A stretch of DNA of 64,000 nucleotides, from positions 192,001 through 256,000 of the forward strand of contig CAWJIM010000024.1 of assembly GCA_963842945.1 (NCBI GenBank), written 5' to 3'. Source of the DNA: an uncultured Gemmatimonadales bacterium (lineage in GTDB: Bacteria; Gemmatimonadota; Gemmatimonadetes; Gemmatimonadales; GWC2-71-9). Under the pieces are notes generated by a model. It searched no databases and was not told where the DNA came from. It saw only the letters and a program-made list of their open reading frames with translations. Of this stretch, positions 52,420 through 61,920 are shown piece after piece; positions within the stretch are counted from its first letter, which is position 1; each line of letters starts with the position of its first letter. A program made the translations under genes and the position numbers.

Positions 52420-53091
52420 ATGACTGCACCAAGTCTGATGGTTGGCCGCCGTTTTCCCGCTCCCACTCGGCTCCGGCTCCAGCTGGTCTTCGCCCGGGCC
52501 CTCGAGGCATTGGCGGATACCTACCAGCATCAGGCGGCCGAGTTCGTTCGCCGGCTCAAGCCGCGGCTTACTGTGGACGAGGCGCTGCAGCGCTATTTCC
52601 GGGAAGTCGGCGTCCCCGCGGGGATCGAAGAGACGGTGCGATCCCGGGCGCTGATCTCCCTGGCCGGGCTGATCGAGAACCAGCCTCAGCAGGAGGGACG
52701 GGCTTCGAGCTGGACGATTCTCCGGCCGGATTACCTGATCGGGGGGCTGCGGCGCCGGGTGCAGTACGTGGAGGAGACGAATCTGGACTGCCGGTTGGCG
52801 GCCTCGATCTCGGATGAGGCGGTGGCGGCAACGCACGTGCGGATGGCGCTGGAGACGGCAGGGGTTCTGGCCGACGAGGTGACACCCGACCAGGCGATCA
52901 TGCTCTACGTGAAGACGCTCAACCTGAACTCGCTGGATGCCCAGGTGGTGTTCCGTACAGCGATGTCGCAGTGGGCCGAGCTGCATCCGCTGCGGGGTGA
53001 GGCCAAGGTGGTGGTTCCGGCGGTCGAGCCGGAGCGGCCCAGATTGGAGCTACGGAATCGGGCACAGTTTGGATTGAAAGTGATCGTCTAG
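52420..53091 (+). CDS. hypothetical helical protein
   Basis: GAGGGA RBS, GC3-biased codons; no motif recognised. Confidence 0.6.
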   Translation: MTAPSLMVGRRFPAPTRLRLQLVFARALEALADTYQHQAAEFVRRLKPRLTVDEALQRYFREVGVPAGIEETVRSRALISLAGLIENQPQQEGRASSWTILRPDYLIGGLRRRVQYVEETNLDCRLAASISDEAVAATHVRMALETAGVLADEVTPDQAIMLYVKTLNLNSLDAQVVFRTAMSQWAELHPLRGEAKVVVPAVEPERPRLELRNRAQFGLKVIV

Positions 53092-53339
53092 GGCGCCATC
53101 GGACCGCTGAGGTCCGAGCATCGGCTCCGGCGGAACGGGCCCAGGCATTCGGGCAGTCTCCGCGACAGCCACCCCACTCTTCCCCTGGGAGACTGCCCTC
53201 AACCCCGGCCCATTCCGCCTACGCCCGTCTGAACAGAAGCAACTTCCTAAGCTGACTGGCCTGAGATCAGGCCTCGAAGGAAACGCTGACCCCGCCGCGC
53301 TCACGCTATCTTACGGGAAGCTGAGCGAGAGGCGAGCAG

Positions 53340-54425
53340 ATGCGCTGGTCGTACACGATCGGGAGGATCGCAGGTACCGACATCAAGGTGCACGTCACCT
53401 TCCTGCTGATCCTGGGATGGTGGGCGCTGATCGGCTATTCGGAGGGCGGGCCGGGTGCGGCGGTGACCAGCGCGCTGGCGCTGCTCGCTCTCTTCGCTTG
53501 CATCCTGCTGCACGAGTTCGGGCACATCCTGATGGCGCGACGCTTCGGGGTGCGCACGCCTGACGTCATTCTCCTTCCCATCGGTGGTGTAGCCCGCCTG
53601 GAACGCATCCCCGATGAGCCACGGCAGGAGCTGCTGATCGCTCTGGCCGGGCCAGCGGTGACGCTGGCGATCGCGGGGATACTTCTGGCCATCCTCCGGC
53701 TGAGCGGAAGCCATGCGGAGGTGGCCCGGCTGAACGAGAACCAGCCGTTCCTGGCCCAGCTCGTCAGCGTCAACCTGTACCTGCTCCTGTTCAATCTGAT
53801 ACCGGCCTTTCCCATGGACGGCGGCCGAGTGCTGCGTGCGCTGCTGGCCAGCCGGCTGGGTTTGCTGCGGGGAACCCGCATTGCGGCGACGCTGGGGCAG
53901 ACGTTTGCCGTGCTCGGCGGACTCTATGGCATCACCAAGCCGGAGCCGCTGCTCGTGCTGGTGGCGTTCTTCGTGTTCCTCGGTGCCAATGCGGAGGCGG
54001 CCACAGTGGAGACCAGGCTGGCCGGCCAGGGACTCCAGGTGAGCCAGATGATGGTCACGGATTTCCGCACCATTCCGGTTCACGCGACGCTCAATCAGGC
54101 GGTCGAGCTGCTGCTCAGCGGGGAGCAGCGGGAGTTCCCCGTGCTAGACAACCTGGGTCGCACCGAAGGGATTCTCACTCGCGACAACCTGATCCGCGGC
54201 CTCTCGCAAAAGGGTCCGAACTCCACTGTGGCCGAGGCCATGACCACCGGTGTGCCAAGCGTGCCGCCGACGCTGGCGTTCCAGGAGGCGCTCGACCGGC
54301 TGCGGGCCAGCCGCCTGCCGGCGCTTCCGGTGGTGGACGTGAGGGGTGTGCTGGTCGGGCTTCTCACGATGGACAACATCACCGATTTGTTGCTGGTCCG
54401 GAGAGCGGGGCAGGTGGTTAGGTAG
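53340..54425 (+). CDS. site-2 protease (M50) with CBS pair
   Basis: LHEFGH, ALAGP, FNLIPAFPMDGGR; two CBS repeats. Confidence 0.92.
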   Translation: MRWSYTIGRIAGTDIKVHVTFLLILGWWALIGYSEGGPGAAVTSALALLALFACILLHEFGHILMARRFGVRTPDVILLPIGGVARLERIPDEPRQELLIALAGPAVTLAIAGILLAILRLSGSHAEVARLNENQPFLAQLVSVNLYLLLFNLIPAFPMDGGRVLRALLASRLGLLRGTRIAATLGQTFAVLGGLYGITKPEPLLVLVAFFVFLGANAEAATVETRLAGQGLQVSQMMVTDFRTIPVHATLNQAVELLLSGEQREFPVLDNLGRTEGILTRDNLIRGLSQKGPNSTVAEAMTTGVPSVPPTLAFQEALDRLRASRLPALPVVDVRGVLVGLLTMDNITDLLLVRRAGQVVR

Positions 54426-54440
54426 TCGCCAGTCACGAGC

Positions 54441-54478
54441 TCTTCCCCGCTTCCCAGCTTCCTCACTTCCCCGCTTCT
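54441..54478 (+). repeat. CTTCCCCG-type octamer tandem repeat
   Basis: cttccccg cttcccag cttcctca cttccccg cttctac. Confidence 0.65.
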
Positions 54479-54546
54479 ACCCACTAGCGCTTTTCCCCAA
54501 CGCCCTGCATCTTGGCCCCTCTCATATCACACTCACAGGAGGATTC

Positions 54547-55411
54547 ATGCATCAAGGAACGCGACTCGGCGCAGGCTTGGCCATCGCTGCCCTTCTCGCG
54601 GGCTGTGCCCCCGACCGGCACGAGACCAAGGAAGGATCGGTGTCGGAGAATCCCAGCGCCAAACCTGCCGCCGTTACCGTGACTGCCAGCGACTACGGCT
54701 TTCAGGCGCCGGACAGTATGGCGGCCGGAGCAGTGACGGTTCAACTGGTCAACCATGGCAAGGAGCTGCATCAGGCGCAGCTGATCAGGCTGGAGCAGGG
54801 CAAGACCCTGGCTGATGTTGCCCAGGTGCTCAAGAGCGGGGGAGCCATACCATCCTGGATCAAGTTCGTAGGAGGTCCCAACGGTATTGCGCCGGGTCAG
54901 GAGGCCCAGGCCACCGCGGTTCTTCCCCCCGGGAACTACGCCTACATCTGCCTGATCCCGAGCCCCGATGGGGTGATCCACGCAGCTAAGGGAATGGCGC
55001 GTCCCTTTACGGTGACGGGAAGCCTCGTCCACGCCCACGTCTCAGATGCCCACGGCGGAGGTCACCATCAAGCTGCTCGACTACGACTTTCAGCCCTCTC
55101 AGCCGCTCAAGGCCGGCCGGCAGACCATCATGGTCGAGAACGCGGGGCCCCAGCCCCACGAAGTGGTGCTGCTGAAGCTCGCTCCCGGTAAGACCACCGA
55201 GGACTTTGCCATGTGGGCCGAGCACGGCATGAAGGGCCCGCCACCGGCTCAGCCCCTGGGTGGAGTGACCATTCTGGATAAGGGAGGCCGAGGCTCGTTC
55301 ACCGCCGATCTGACGCCGGGCAATTACGGCTTCATCTGCTTTTATCCCGATCAAAAGGACGGAAAGCCGCATCTCGCTCACGGGATGATGAAGAACTTCA
55401 AGGTGAGCTGA
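54547..55411 (+). CDS. lipoprotein with two cupredoxin-like domains (frameshift near 55030)
   Basis: Lipobox LAGC; H..YICLIP....HAAKGM and PHE..FICFYP....HLAHGM. Confidence 0.7.
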
Positions 55412-55916
55412 CGCAGCGACCCCGGCGGAAATCGCTGGGTAAACAGTCGAAAGCATTTTGAGACCAGAGGCCCGTGCGCCGAGCACGGGCCTCTTCTTGC
55501 GCCCTCCGCAGCCGATCCGCGTACCTCACATTGGGCGGCACGGTGTAGAGGACGGCCCACCCGTCGCGCACCATCGATTCGTTGACCAGCGTGGATCCCG
55601 CCCAGACGTACGCCAGAGCTCGGCCATACTGATCGTGAGGAGCAACGTCCGATTCCAGGCGTACGGTGGATCCGAGGGGCAGCAGCCGGAGAAGCGCCGC
55701 CCGGGCTTCCGCCCCGATGGGCTGCTGCTGAGATTCGGGGCTGTCGATGCCGATCAGTCGCACCCTCCTGCCGTCGCTGCAGCGGAAGCTGTCGCCATCT
55801 GACACCCGGCTCACGGTGCAGCGGTCGGCGACCGGCGGCCGGGCGTGCTGCGCGGAGCAGCTCACCGGCATCAGCCAGAACAGGAAAGGAAGCAGAGTGA
55901 CCGAGGAACGCGGCAT
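55398..55916 (-). CDS. thermonuclease (SNase) family protein
   Basis: DGDS, VRLIGIDSPE, DQYGRALAYV, A...R.GLW. Confidence 0.9.
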   Translation of the reverse strand: MPRSSVTLLPFLFWLMPVSCSAQHARPPVADRCTVSRVSDGDSFRCSDGRRVRLIGIDSPESQQQPIGAEARAALLRLLPLGSTVRLESDVAPHDQYGRALAYVWAGSTLVNESMVRDGWAVLYTVPPNVRYADRLRRAQEEARARRTGLWSQNAFDCLPSDFRRGRCVSSP

Positions 55917-56847
55917 GGCCTCAGATCTTCACCTGGTGATCACCGGAGCCGGAGGCCTGATCGGCTCTGCCTTGCTCCCGAGCCTGGCAGCCGACGGGCA
56001 TCGGATCACTCGGATGACTCGACGGGCCGCGGGACCGGGCGAAATCAGCTGGGACCCCACTCGCGGCATTCTCGATCTGCGACAGCTTGGGCGGGTGGAC
56101 GGCGTCATTCATCTGGCCGGAGAGAACATCGGCAGCCGGTGGACGTCGGCCCGAAAGCGCCGAATCCAGCAAAGCCGAGTTCTGGGGACCGGCCTGTTGA
56201 GTCAGGCGCTGAGCCGGCTGCAGCCCAGGCCGGAGGTTCTCATCTCGGCTGCCGCCATCGGCATCTATGGGGACCGGGGAAACGAAGCCCTGACCGAATC
56301 GAGTACTCCGGGAGACCCCGCGCAGGACTTTCTGGTGAGAGTATGTCTGGACTGGGAGGCGGCGGCGGAACCTGCCCGTGAGGCCGGCATCAGGGTGGTT
56401 CACCCGCGATTCGGAGTGGTCCTCAGCCCCGACGGCGGCGCACTGGCCAAGCTCCTCCCTCCATTTCGGCTGGGACTGGGCGGGCATCAGGGACATGGCT
56501 ACCAGTGGATGAGCTGGATTGCGATCGATGACGTGGTCGGCGCCGTTCGCCATCTGTTGAGCGATCGACAGCTGAGCGGCCCGGTCAATGTGACGGCACC
56601 CGGAGCGGTGGTCAATCGCCATTTTACGCAGATCCTGGGACGGGTACTTCGCCGTCCCACACTCTTCCGCGTTCCCGCCGCCGCGCTGAAACTGGGCCTA
56701 GGCGAGATGGCCCAGCGCACCGTGCTGGCCAGCGCCCGAGTACAGCCTTCCAAGCTGCTCCTGAGCGGGTATCGATTCGGGTATCCCGAGCTGGAGGGTG
56801 CTCTGCGGCATGTCCTGGAAACAGAAACGAGCGGTAGCTTTCCCTGA
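55915..56847 (+). CDS. TIGR01777 family oxidoreductase/epimerase
   Basis: [39 protein letters not shown]. Confidence 0.88.
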   Translation: MASDLHLVITGAGGLIGSALLPSLAADGHRITRMTRRAAGPGEISWDPTRGILDLRQLGRVDGVIHLAGENIGSRWTSARKRRIQQSRVLGTGLLSQALSRLQPRPEVLISAAAIGIYGDRGNEALTESSTPGDPAQDFLVRVCLDWEAAAEPAREAGIRVVHPRFGVVLSPDGGALAKLLPPFRLGLGGHQGHGYQWMSWIAIDDVVGAVRHLLSDRQLSGPVNVTAPGAVVNRHFTQILGRVLRRPTLFRVPAAALKLGLGEMAQRTVLASARVQPSKLLLSGYRFGYPELEGALRHVLETETSGSFP

Positions 56848-57560
56848 TGAGCAAACCCACGGCGGTCCTCCTGCTGAGCGGCGGAATGGATTCGGCTACC
56901 ACCGGCGCGATAGCGAGAGACCAGGGATTCGATCTGGTGGCGGTCAGTTTCCGCTACGGCCAACGGCATGCGGTGGAGCTGGAGGCGGCTCGGAAGGTGG
57001 CCCGGCTACTCGGCGTGCACCGGCATCTCATCCTGGACATCGACCTTCGCGCGATCGGAGGGTCGGCGCTCACCGGCGACCTCGCGGTCCCCAAGGATAC
57101 GCCGCTGGAGGCCATCGGCGAGCGAATTCCATCCACCTACGTGCCCGCTCGGAACACCATCTTTCTGTCGTTCGCGCTCGGCGTAGCGGAAGTGGTGGGC
57201 TCCAGCGACATCTTCATCGGGGCGAACGCGCTGGACTATAGTGGATACCCTGACTGCCGCCCGGAATACTTCCAGGCCTTTCAGGGCATGGCCAACCTGG
57301 CCACCCGCGCCGGCGTCGAGGAGGGACGCCGGCTTACCATCCACACGCCGCTGATCCAGCTCACCAAGCGGGAGATCATCCAGCGGGGGCTGTCCCTGGG
57401 ACTGGATTACACTATTACGATCAGCTGCTACGATCCGTCCCCCGATGGTGCCGCCTGCGGCAGGTGCGACGCCTGCCAGCTTCGGGTCAAGGGGTTTCGA
57501 GAGCTGGGTCTCCAGGATCCGGCGGAGTATCAGGCGGTAAGCGGGAGAAGAAAAGCGTGA
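56847..57560 (+). CDS. queC: 7-cyano-7-deazaguanine synthase
   Basis: SGGMDS, YGQRH, YVPARN, YPDCR, SCY..CGRCDAC. Confidence 0.95.
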   Translation: MSKPTAVLLLSGGMDSATTGAIARDQGFDLVAVSFRYGQRHAVELEAARKVARLLGVHRHLILDIDLRAIGGSALTGDLAVPKDTPLEAIGERIPSTYVPARNTIFLSFALGVAEVVGSSDIFIGANALDYSGYPDCRPEYFQAFQGMANLATRAGVEEGRRLTIHTPLIQLTKREIIQRGLSLGLDYTITISCYDPSPDGAACGRCDACQLRVKGFRELGLQDPAEYQAVSGRRKA

Positions 57561-57588
57561 GCGGGACTAGGACAAGCGTGAGCGGGAG
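57534..57588 (+). repeat. GCGTGAGCGGG-family array overlapping the queC stop
   Basis: AGCGGG at 57540, 57560 and 57581. Confidence 0.75.
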
Positions 57589-57603
57589 GAACAGCACGGT
57601 TTT

Positions 57604-58239
57604 ATGAGTTACGCCGTCAAGGAAATCTTCTACACGCTCCAGGGTGAAGGGGCCAATACCGGCCGGCCGGCGGTGTTCTGCCGGTTTGCCGGCTGCAACC
57701 TGTGGAGTGGCCGGGAGCAGGACCGGGCCGATGCCACCTGCCGTTTTTGCGATACCGATTTCGTGGGGACCGATGGCCCCGGCGGCGGTCGCTTTGCCTC
57801 AGCGGATGAGCTGGCCGGGGCCGTGCTATCAGCATGGCCGAGCGATGGGGCCAATCGGCCGTTCGTGGTATGCACCGGCGGCGAGCCGCTGCTGCAGCTG
57901 GATCAGCCGCTGCTCGACGCGCTCCACCGCGCGGGATTCGAGATCGCGGTCGAGACCAACGGGACCCAACCGGTGCCGAGCGGAATCGACTGGGTATGCG
58001 TCAGCCCCAAGGCAGATGCCACCCTGGTCGTACATAGCGGGGACGAGCTCAAGCTGGTGTTTCCCCAGGACGGCGCCGAGCCGAGCCGGTACGAGAGCCT
58101 GGAGTTCAAGCACTTTTATCTCCAGCCGATGGACGGACCGGAACGTGAGGCCCACACTGCCGCGGCACTTCGCTATTGCCTGGCCCACCCGCGCTGGCGG
58201 CTCAGCCTGCAGACGCATAAGCTTCTTGGAATTCCGTAG
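57604..58239 (+). CDS. queE: 7-carboxy-7-deazaguanine synthase (radical SAM, Cx14CxxC type)
   Basis: EIFYTLQGEG, GCNLWSG...CRFCDT, TGGEP, SLQTHK. Confidence 0.95.
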   Translation: MSYAVKEIFYTLQGEGANTGRPAVFCRFAGCNLWSGREQDRADATCRFCDTDFVGTDGPGGGRFASADELAGAVLSAWPSDGANRPFVVCTGGEPLLQLDQPLLDALHRAGFEIAVETNGTQPVPSGIDWVCVSPKADATLVVHSGDELKLVFPQDGAEPSRYESLEFKHFYLQPMDGPEREAHTAAALRYCLAHPRWRLSLQTHKLLGIP

Positions 58240-58357
58240 CGGGGCAGTGGGGCAGCGGGGCGGCGGGGCGGTAGAAGCAGCGCCAATGGGTTGCTTCACT
58301 CGATCCTGCCACTGACCTCCTCCTGCCCCGCTGCCCCGCCCCCCTTCTGCCCCGCTG
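58238..58357. repeat. inverted GGGGCAGC octamer arrays
   Basis: (GCGGGGCA)n 58238-58272 and (TGCCCCGC)n 58323-58357. Confidence 0.7.
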
Positions 58358-58360
58358 AGA

Positions 58361-58978
58361 ATGAACGGCTATTCCGACCGCATCAATCACGCGTTTGCCT
58401 TTGCCGCCAAGTATCATGGTGCCGTGGCGCCGGTCGGCGCGGGGATGGACTATCTGGCCCATCCGGCCAACGTCGCCATCATCCTGGCCCGCTACGACTG
58501 CGATCAGATCACCATCGTAGCCGGAATCCTCCACCATGTGCTGGAGGAAGCTCTCCCCGACAACAGGCCGGAGCTGGAGCGGAAGATCGCCGACAAGTTC
58601 GGGCCTGTTGTCCTGGCCGTGGCCAAGGACGCGCTGGAACCGAAGATCGACCGCCGCGGCGGCGAGCGGGCATGGCAGGCGCGAAAGCAGGAGTACTTGA
58701 GCCAGCTGGCGATCGCCGAGCCCAGGGCACTCGACATCTGCGTGGCCGATGAGATCCATGCCTGCGGGTCGACCATGACCGCGCTTCGGCGACTCGGGGT
58801 GGAATATCTCCGCACGGTTTCTCGCGCCGGGTCGGATCAGACCATCTGGTGGTACCGGTCCATGCTGGAGATCCTGACTTCGCGAACCGACTGGCCTCAG
58901 CGGGAGATGATGTCGGAGCTCCGGCTCATGAGCGCCGACCTGGTTCGCAGCCTGCGGCAGCGGGAGGTGGATCTGTGA
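58361..58978 (+). CDS. HD-domain protein, small alarmone hydrolase/Mesh1-like, degenerate motif
   Basis: AFAFAA.YH, YLAHP..VA, AGILHHVLEE, FG..V. Confidence 0.7.
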   Translation: MNGYSDRINHAFAFAAKYHGAVAPVGAGMDYLAHPANVAIILARYDCDQITIVAGILHHVLEEALPDNRPELERKIADKFGPVVLAVAKDALEPKIDRRGGERAWQARKQEYLSQLAIAEPRALDICVADEIHACGSTMTALRRLGVEYLRTVSRAGSDQTIWWYRSMLEILTSRTDWPQREMMSELRLMSADLVRSLRQREVDL

Positions 58979-59802
58979 AGTACCTCGCGCTGCTGATGCT
59001 ATCGCTCATCCTGAGCTGCTACAGCGGCGCGCCGCCGCCGATACCGCTCGACCCGGTTCGCTTTCTGTCCATCAACGACGTGCAGGTGGCAGATACGCTG
59101 CCCAACGGATTGGGAGGGCTCGCCCGGGTGGCCACGGTACGACACCGGCTGGCGGATCAGGGCCCGGTCCTCTTTGTACTGGCCGGCAACGGGCTGGGGT
59201 CCGATGGGAAGCGGATGGTGGAGCTGCTCAACGTGGCCAAACTGGATTTTGCCACCCCCGGGGAGCATGAGCTGAACCTCGGCCCGGATGCCCTGACCCA
59301 GCTCGTGGCCCAATCCCAGTTCACCTGGATCTCCAGCAATTGCACCCGGCCGGACGGAACGCCGTTTCCCAAGGTGGTTCCCTGGGACACGCTTCGGGTG
59401 TCGGGTCACAAGGTTGGTCTGTTCGGGGTGACCCTTCAGGGAGCGTATCCCGAGGGCGTGCGGTGTACCAATCCCGACAGCGCTGCCCACCGGACCATTC
59501 AGACGCTGGGGTCCGAAGCCGCAGATGTGATCGTGGCCATCACGCACCAGAGCACCGACGCCGATCGCAACCTGCTCGCGCGGGAAGCCAAGCTGGACCT
59601 GATCCTGGGTGGACACGTTCAGAAGGCCACCGACTCGATCGTGTCGGGCCGCCACGCGGTCAAGGCGGACGAAAACGCCCAGAGCGCTCAGTTCGTGACC
59701 TTGTGGGGGGGAAAGGATAACTGGCGCCAGGCGGTGGGACTGGTGCAGATCAACGGTGCTCTGCCCCCCGACACCGCGGTGGCAGCTGCTCTCAAGCGTT
59801 GA
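58975..59802 (+). CDS. 5'-nucleotidase-like metallophosphoesterase N-domain lipoprotein
   Basis: Lipobox LSC, FLSIND, GGLARVAT, GEHE, AITHQ, LILGGH. Confidence 0.7.
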   Translation: MKYLALLMLSLILSCYSGAPPPIPLDPVRFLSINDVQVADTLPNGLGGLARVATVRHRLADQGPVLFVLAGNGLGSDGKRMVELLNVAKLDFATPGEHELNLGPDALTQLVAQSQFTWISSNCTRPDGTPFPKVVPWDTLRVSGHKVGLFGVTLQGAYPEGVRCTNPDSAAHRTIQTLGSEAADVIVAITHQSTDADRNLLAREAKLDLILGGHVQKATDSIVSGRHAVKADENAQSAQFVTLWGGKDNWRQAVGLVQINGALPPDTAVAAALKR

Positions 59803-60033
59803 ATTCCCGACCGGACAGATACGGGATATAAACACAAATCCCGGCAGAGCAGTGCTTGCCGGGACCAGGAGCTTTAGCAGTTTTCATCACCCAGGCTGCA
59901 AAGCCGAAATCCCTGGGGCCCCAAAGGGGCTATGTCGTACAAATCCTTAGAAAGAAGCTAGCGGGTCATCGGCGGCAGCACAAGCCTCTCTAGCGGCTCC
60001 CCCGAAGGAAGGGGTGCTGGTACATTTGGGACC

Positions 60034-61369
60034 ATGGGTTCCACCCCTTCCCCATCCATCGCCAACCTACCCAGCGCCTTTGCAGCAGCCTGCCGGCTCT
60101 CCCGAACGGAAGGGGAGCTGTTCGAGCGCTGCCGGGTGGCTCTGGTGCGGCGATTTCAGAGTGAGCGGATCTGGCTCAGCATCACGCTCCTCGACCGAAT
60201 CGACAGCCCAGGTGGGACCATCGCTCGGGTTCGAGCATGCGGCGGAGGTCGCCCGACTGGCCAGCGGCCAAACCGAAGTAGCAATCCATGCCGACCCCCT
60301 GGTCGCGGAAGAGATGCGCTCGGTAGCCATGCCGCTGGCCCTGGGACTGAGCGTGGTGATCGAGCTGCGCAGCATCCTGCTCGAGCGGCAGGCCTCCCTG
60401 GACGACGCCGTGTTCCAGCTCCGGGCCCTGAGGCAGGTCGCCCGGCTGCTCTCGTCGGTTCACTCGACTGAAGAGACCGAGCAGCTGATTCTGGATTTCA
60501 TGGCCGAGGTTTTCTTCGCCTGGTGGGCCTGCCTCTACCGGGCCGAGGGGGAGACCTACGTGCCCCGGGTCTTTCGCTCGCTGAACGACCGCCTGCGGCC
60601 CGCGCCGATCGACCGCGGCGCCCTCGACCTGGCGCTCCCCCCCGGCAGCAGCGCGATCGGGGGGGACGATATCTCGATCGGGGAGCTGGTAGGACCGGGA
60701 GCGGAGCTGGTGGTGCCGCTGGACGCCGGCGCCGAACGGATGGCGGTGCTGGTATTGGGCTCCCGAATCAGCGACAAGCTGTATGGGAGAGCCGAGTCGG
60801 AGCTGGCCGCCACCCTCTCCTTTGCCGCCGCCATTGCCCTCAAGAACTCCGAGCTGGTCGAACAGCTGCACAGCGCCGCCACGACCGACGAGCTGACCGG
60901 ACTGTGTAACCGCCGGGCGCTGGAAGACCGACTGGCGGCCGAGATTGCGCGAAGTCTGCGGCATCAACTCCACACCAGTGTTCTGCTGCTCGACCTGGAC
61001 CGGTTCAAAGTGGTGAACGACACCATGGGCCATGCGGCCGGCGACCGGCTGCTGGTGCAGGTGGGTCAGGTGCTGCGGAGACAGTGCCGGGCGCTGGACG
61101 TGGTGGGACGCCTGGGCGGAGACGAGTTTCTCGTGATACTGCCCATGACCAAACCGGCGGAGGCGCGCGTCTTCGTCGCCCGGGTGCAGGCCAGTCTCCG
61201 GGAGTTCGAGAAAACCAACCCGGAGTTCGGCAGCTGTACCCTGAGCATGGGAATTGCCGAATCGCCCCAGCACGGCACCACCGTAAGCAGCGTGCTTGCC
61301 GCAGCCGACAACGCCTTGTACCGGGCCAAGCGCGGCGGCAGGAATACCGTGGAAGTCGCGGAGAGCTAG
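60034..61369 (+). CDS. GAF-like plus GGDEF diguanylate cyclase (frameshift near 60210)
   Basis: DELTGL.NRR, DLDRFK.VND..GH..GD, RALD I-site, GGDEF, AD.ALY.AK. Confidence 0.88.
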
Positions 61370-61371
61370 CC

Positions 61372-61920
61372 ATCACCACCCCATCCGAGTTCACCCTGCT
61401 GGGTGACGCGATCTGGCTCGATTTCGTCAACACCGCGCGCGGCCGAACGCCGGCCCCGCCTGACCTGCTGCCGGATGACGCAGCCATTGCGCGCTGGGCC
61501 GACGCGCAAAGTTTGCACTCGAGCCATGAGCAGCCTGGGCTGGAAGAGGCGCTCGGTCTGCGCCAGCAGCTGACCGCCCTTGCCGAGGCCCTCGATCTCG
61601 GCCTCCAGCCTCCCGGCGGGGCGATTGCGGCGATCAACCAGCAGCTGGCCCGTGAGCCGGGACACCATCAGTTGATCCGGACCGGCGGGGCATGGCAGCT
61701 CCGGTTTGCTCCGACCCGGCGTCCCCCTCTCCTCGCCGCGATCGTCCAATCGGCGGCGGCCACCCTGGCCCAGCCCTTGATCTACGTCCGCCGGTGCGCG
61801 GGCGAAGGGTGCTCGCTCTTCTTCACCGACGATTCCGCCAATCAGAGCCGCCGCTGGTGTAACCCGGCGGTGTGCGGCCGCGAGGTCAGGGTCGAGCGCC
61901 GCCGCGGACTCCTGCGCTGA
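61372..61920 (+). CDS. ABATE / CGNR zinc-finger protein
   Basis: LDFVNT; RRCAGEGC..FF.D.S....RRWC....CG. Confidence 0.82.
   Translation: MTTPSEFTLLGDAIWLDFVNTARGRTPAPPDLLPDDAAIARWADAQSLHSSHEQPGLEEALGLRQQLTALAEALDLGLQPPGGAIAAINQQLAREPGHHQLIRTGGAWQLRFAPTRRPPLLAAIVQSAAATLAQPLIYVRRCAGEGCSLFFTDDSANQSRRWCNPAVCGREVRVERRRGLLR

Noticed and set aside
10143..58357. CRISPR array
   Set aside because: Repeat units are 7-11 nt with only 2-5 copies, no 30-40 nt spacers and no cas genes.
55398..58978. 7-deazaguanine DNA modification (dpd) defence island
   Set aside because: queC, queE and queF look like ordinary queuosine genes, no dpdA/tgt paralog is present, and the nuclease has a secretion signal.
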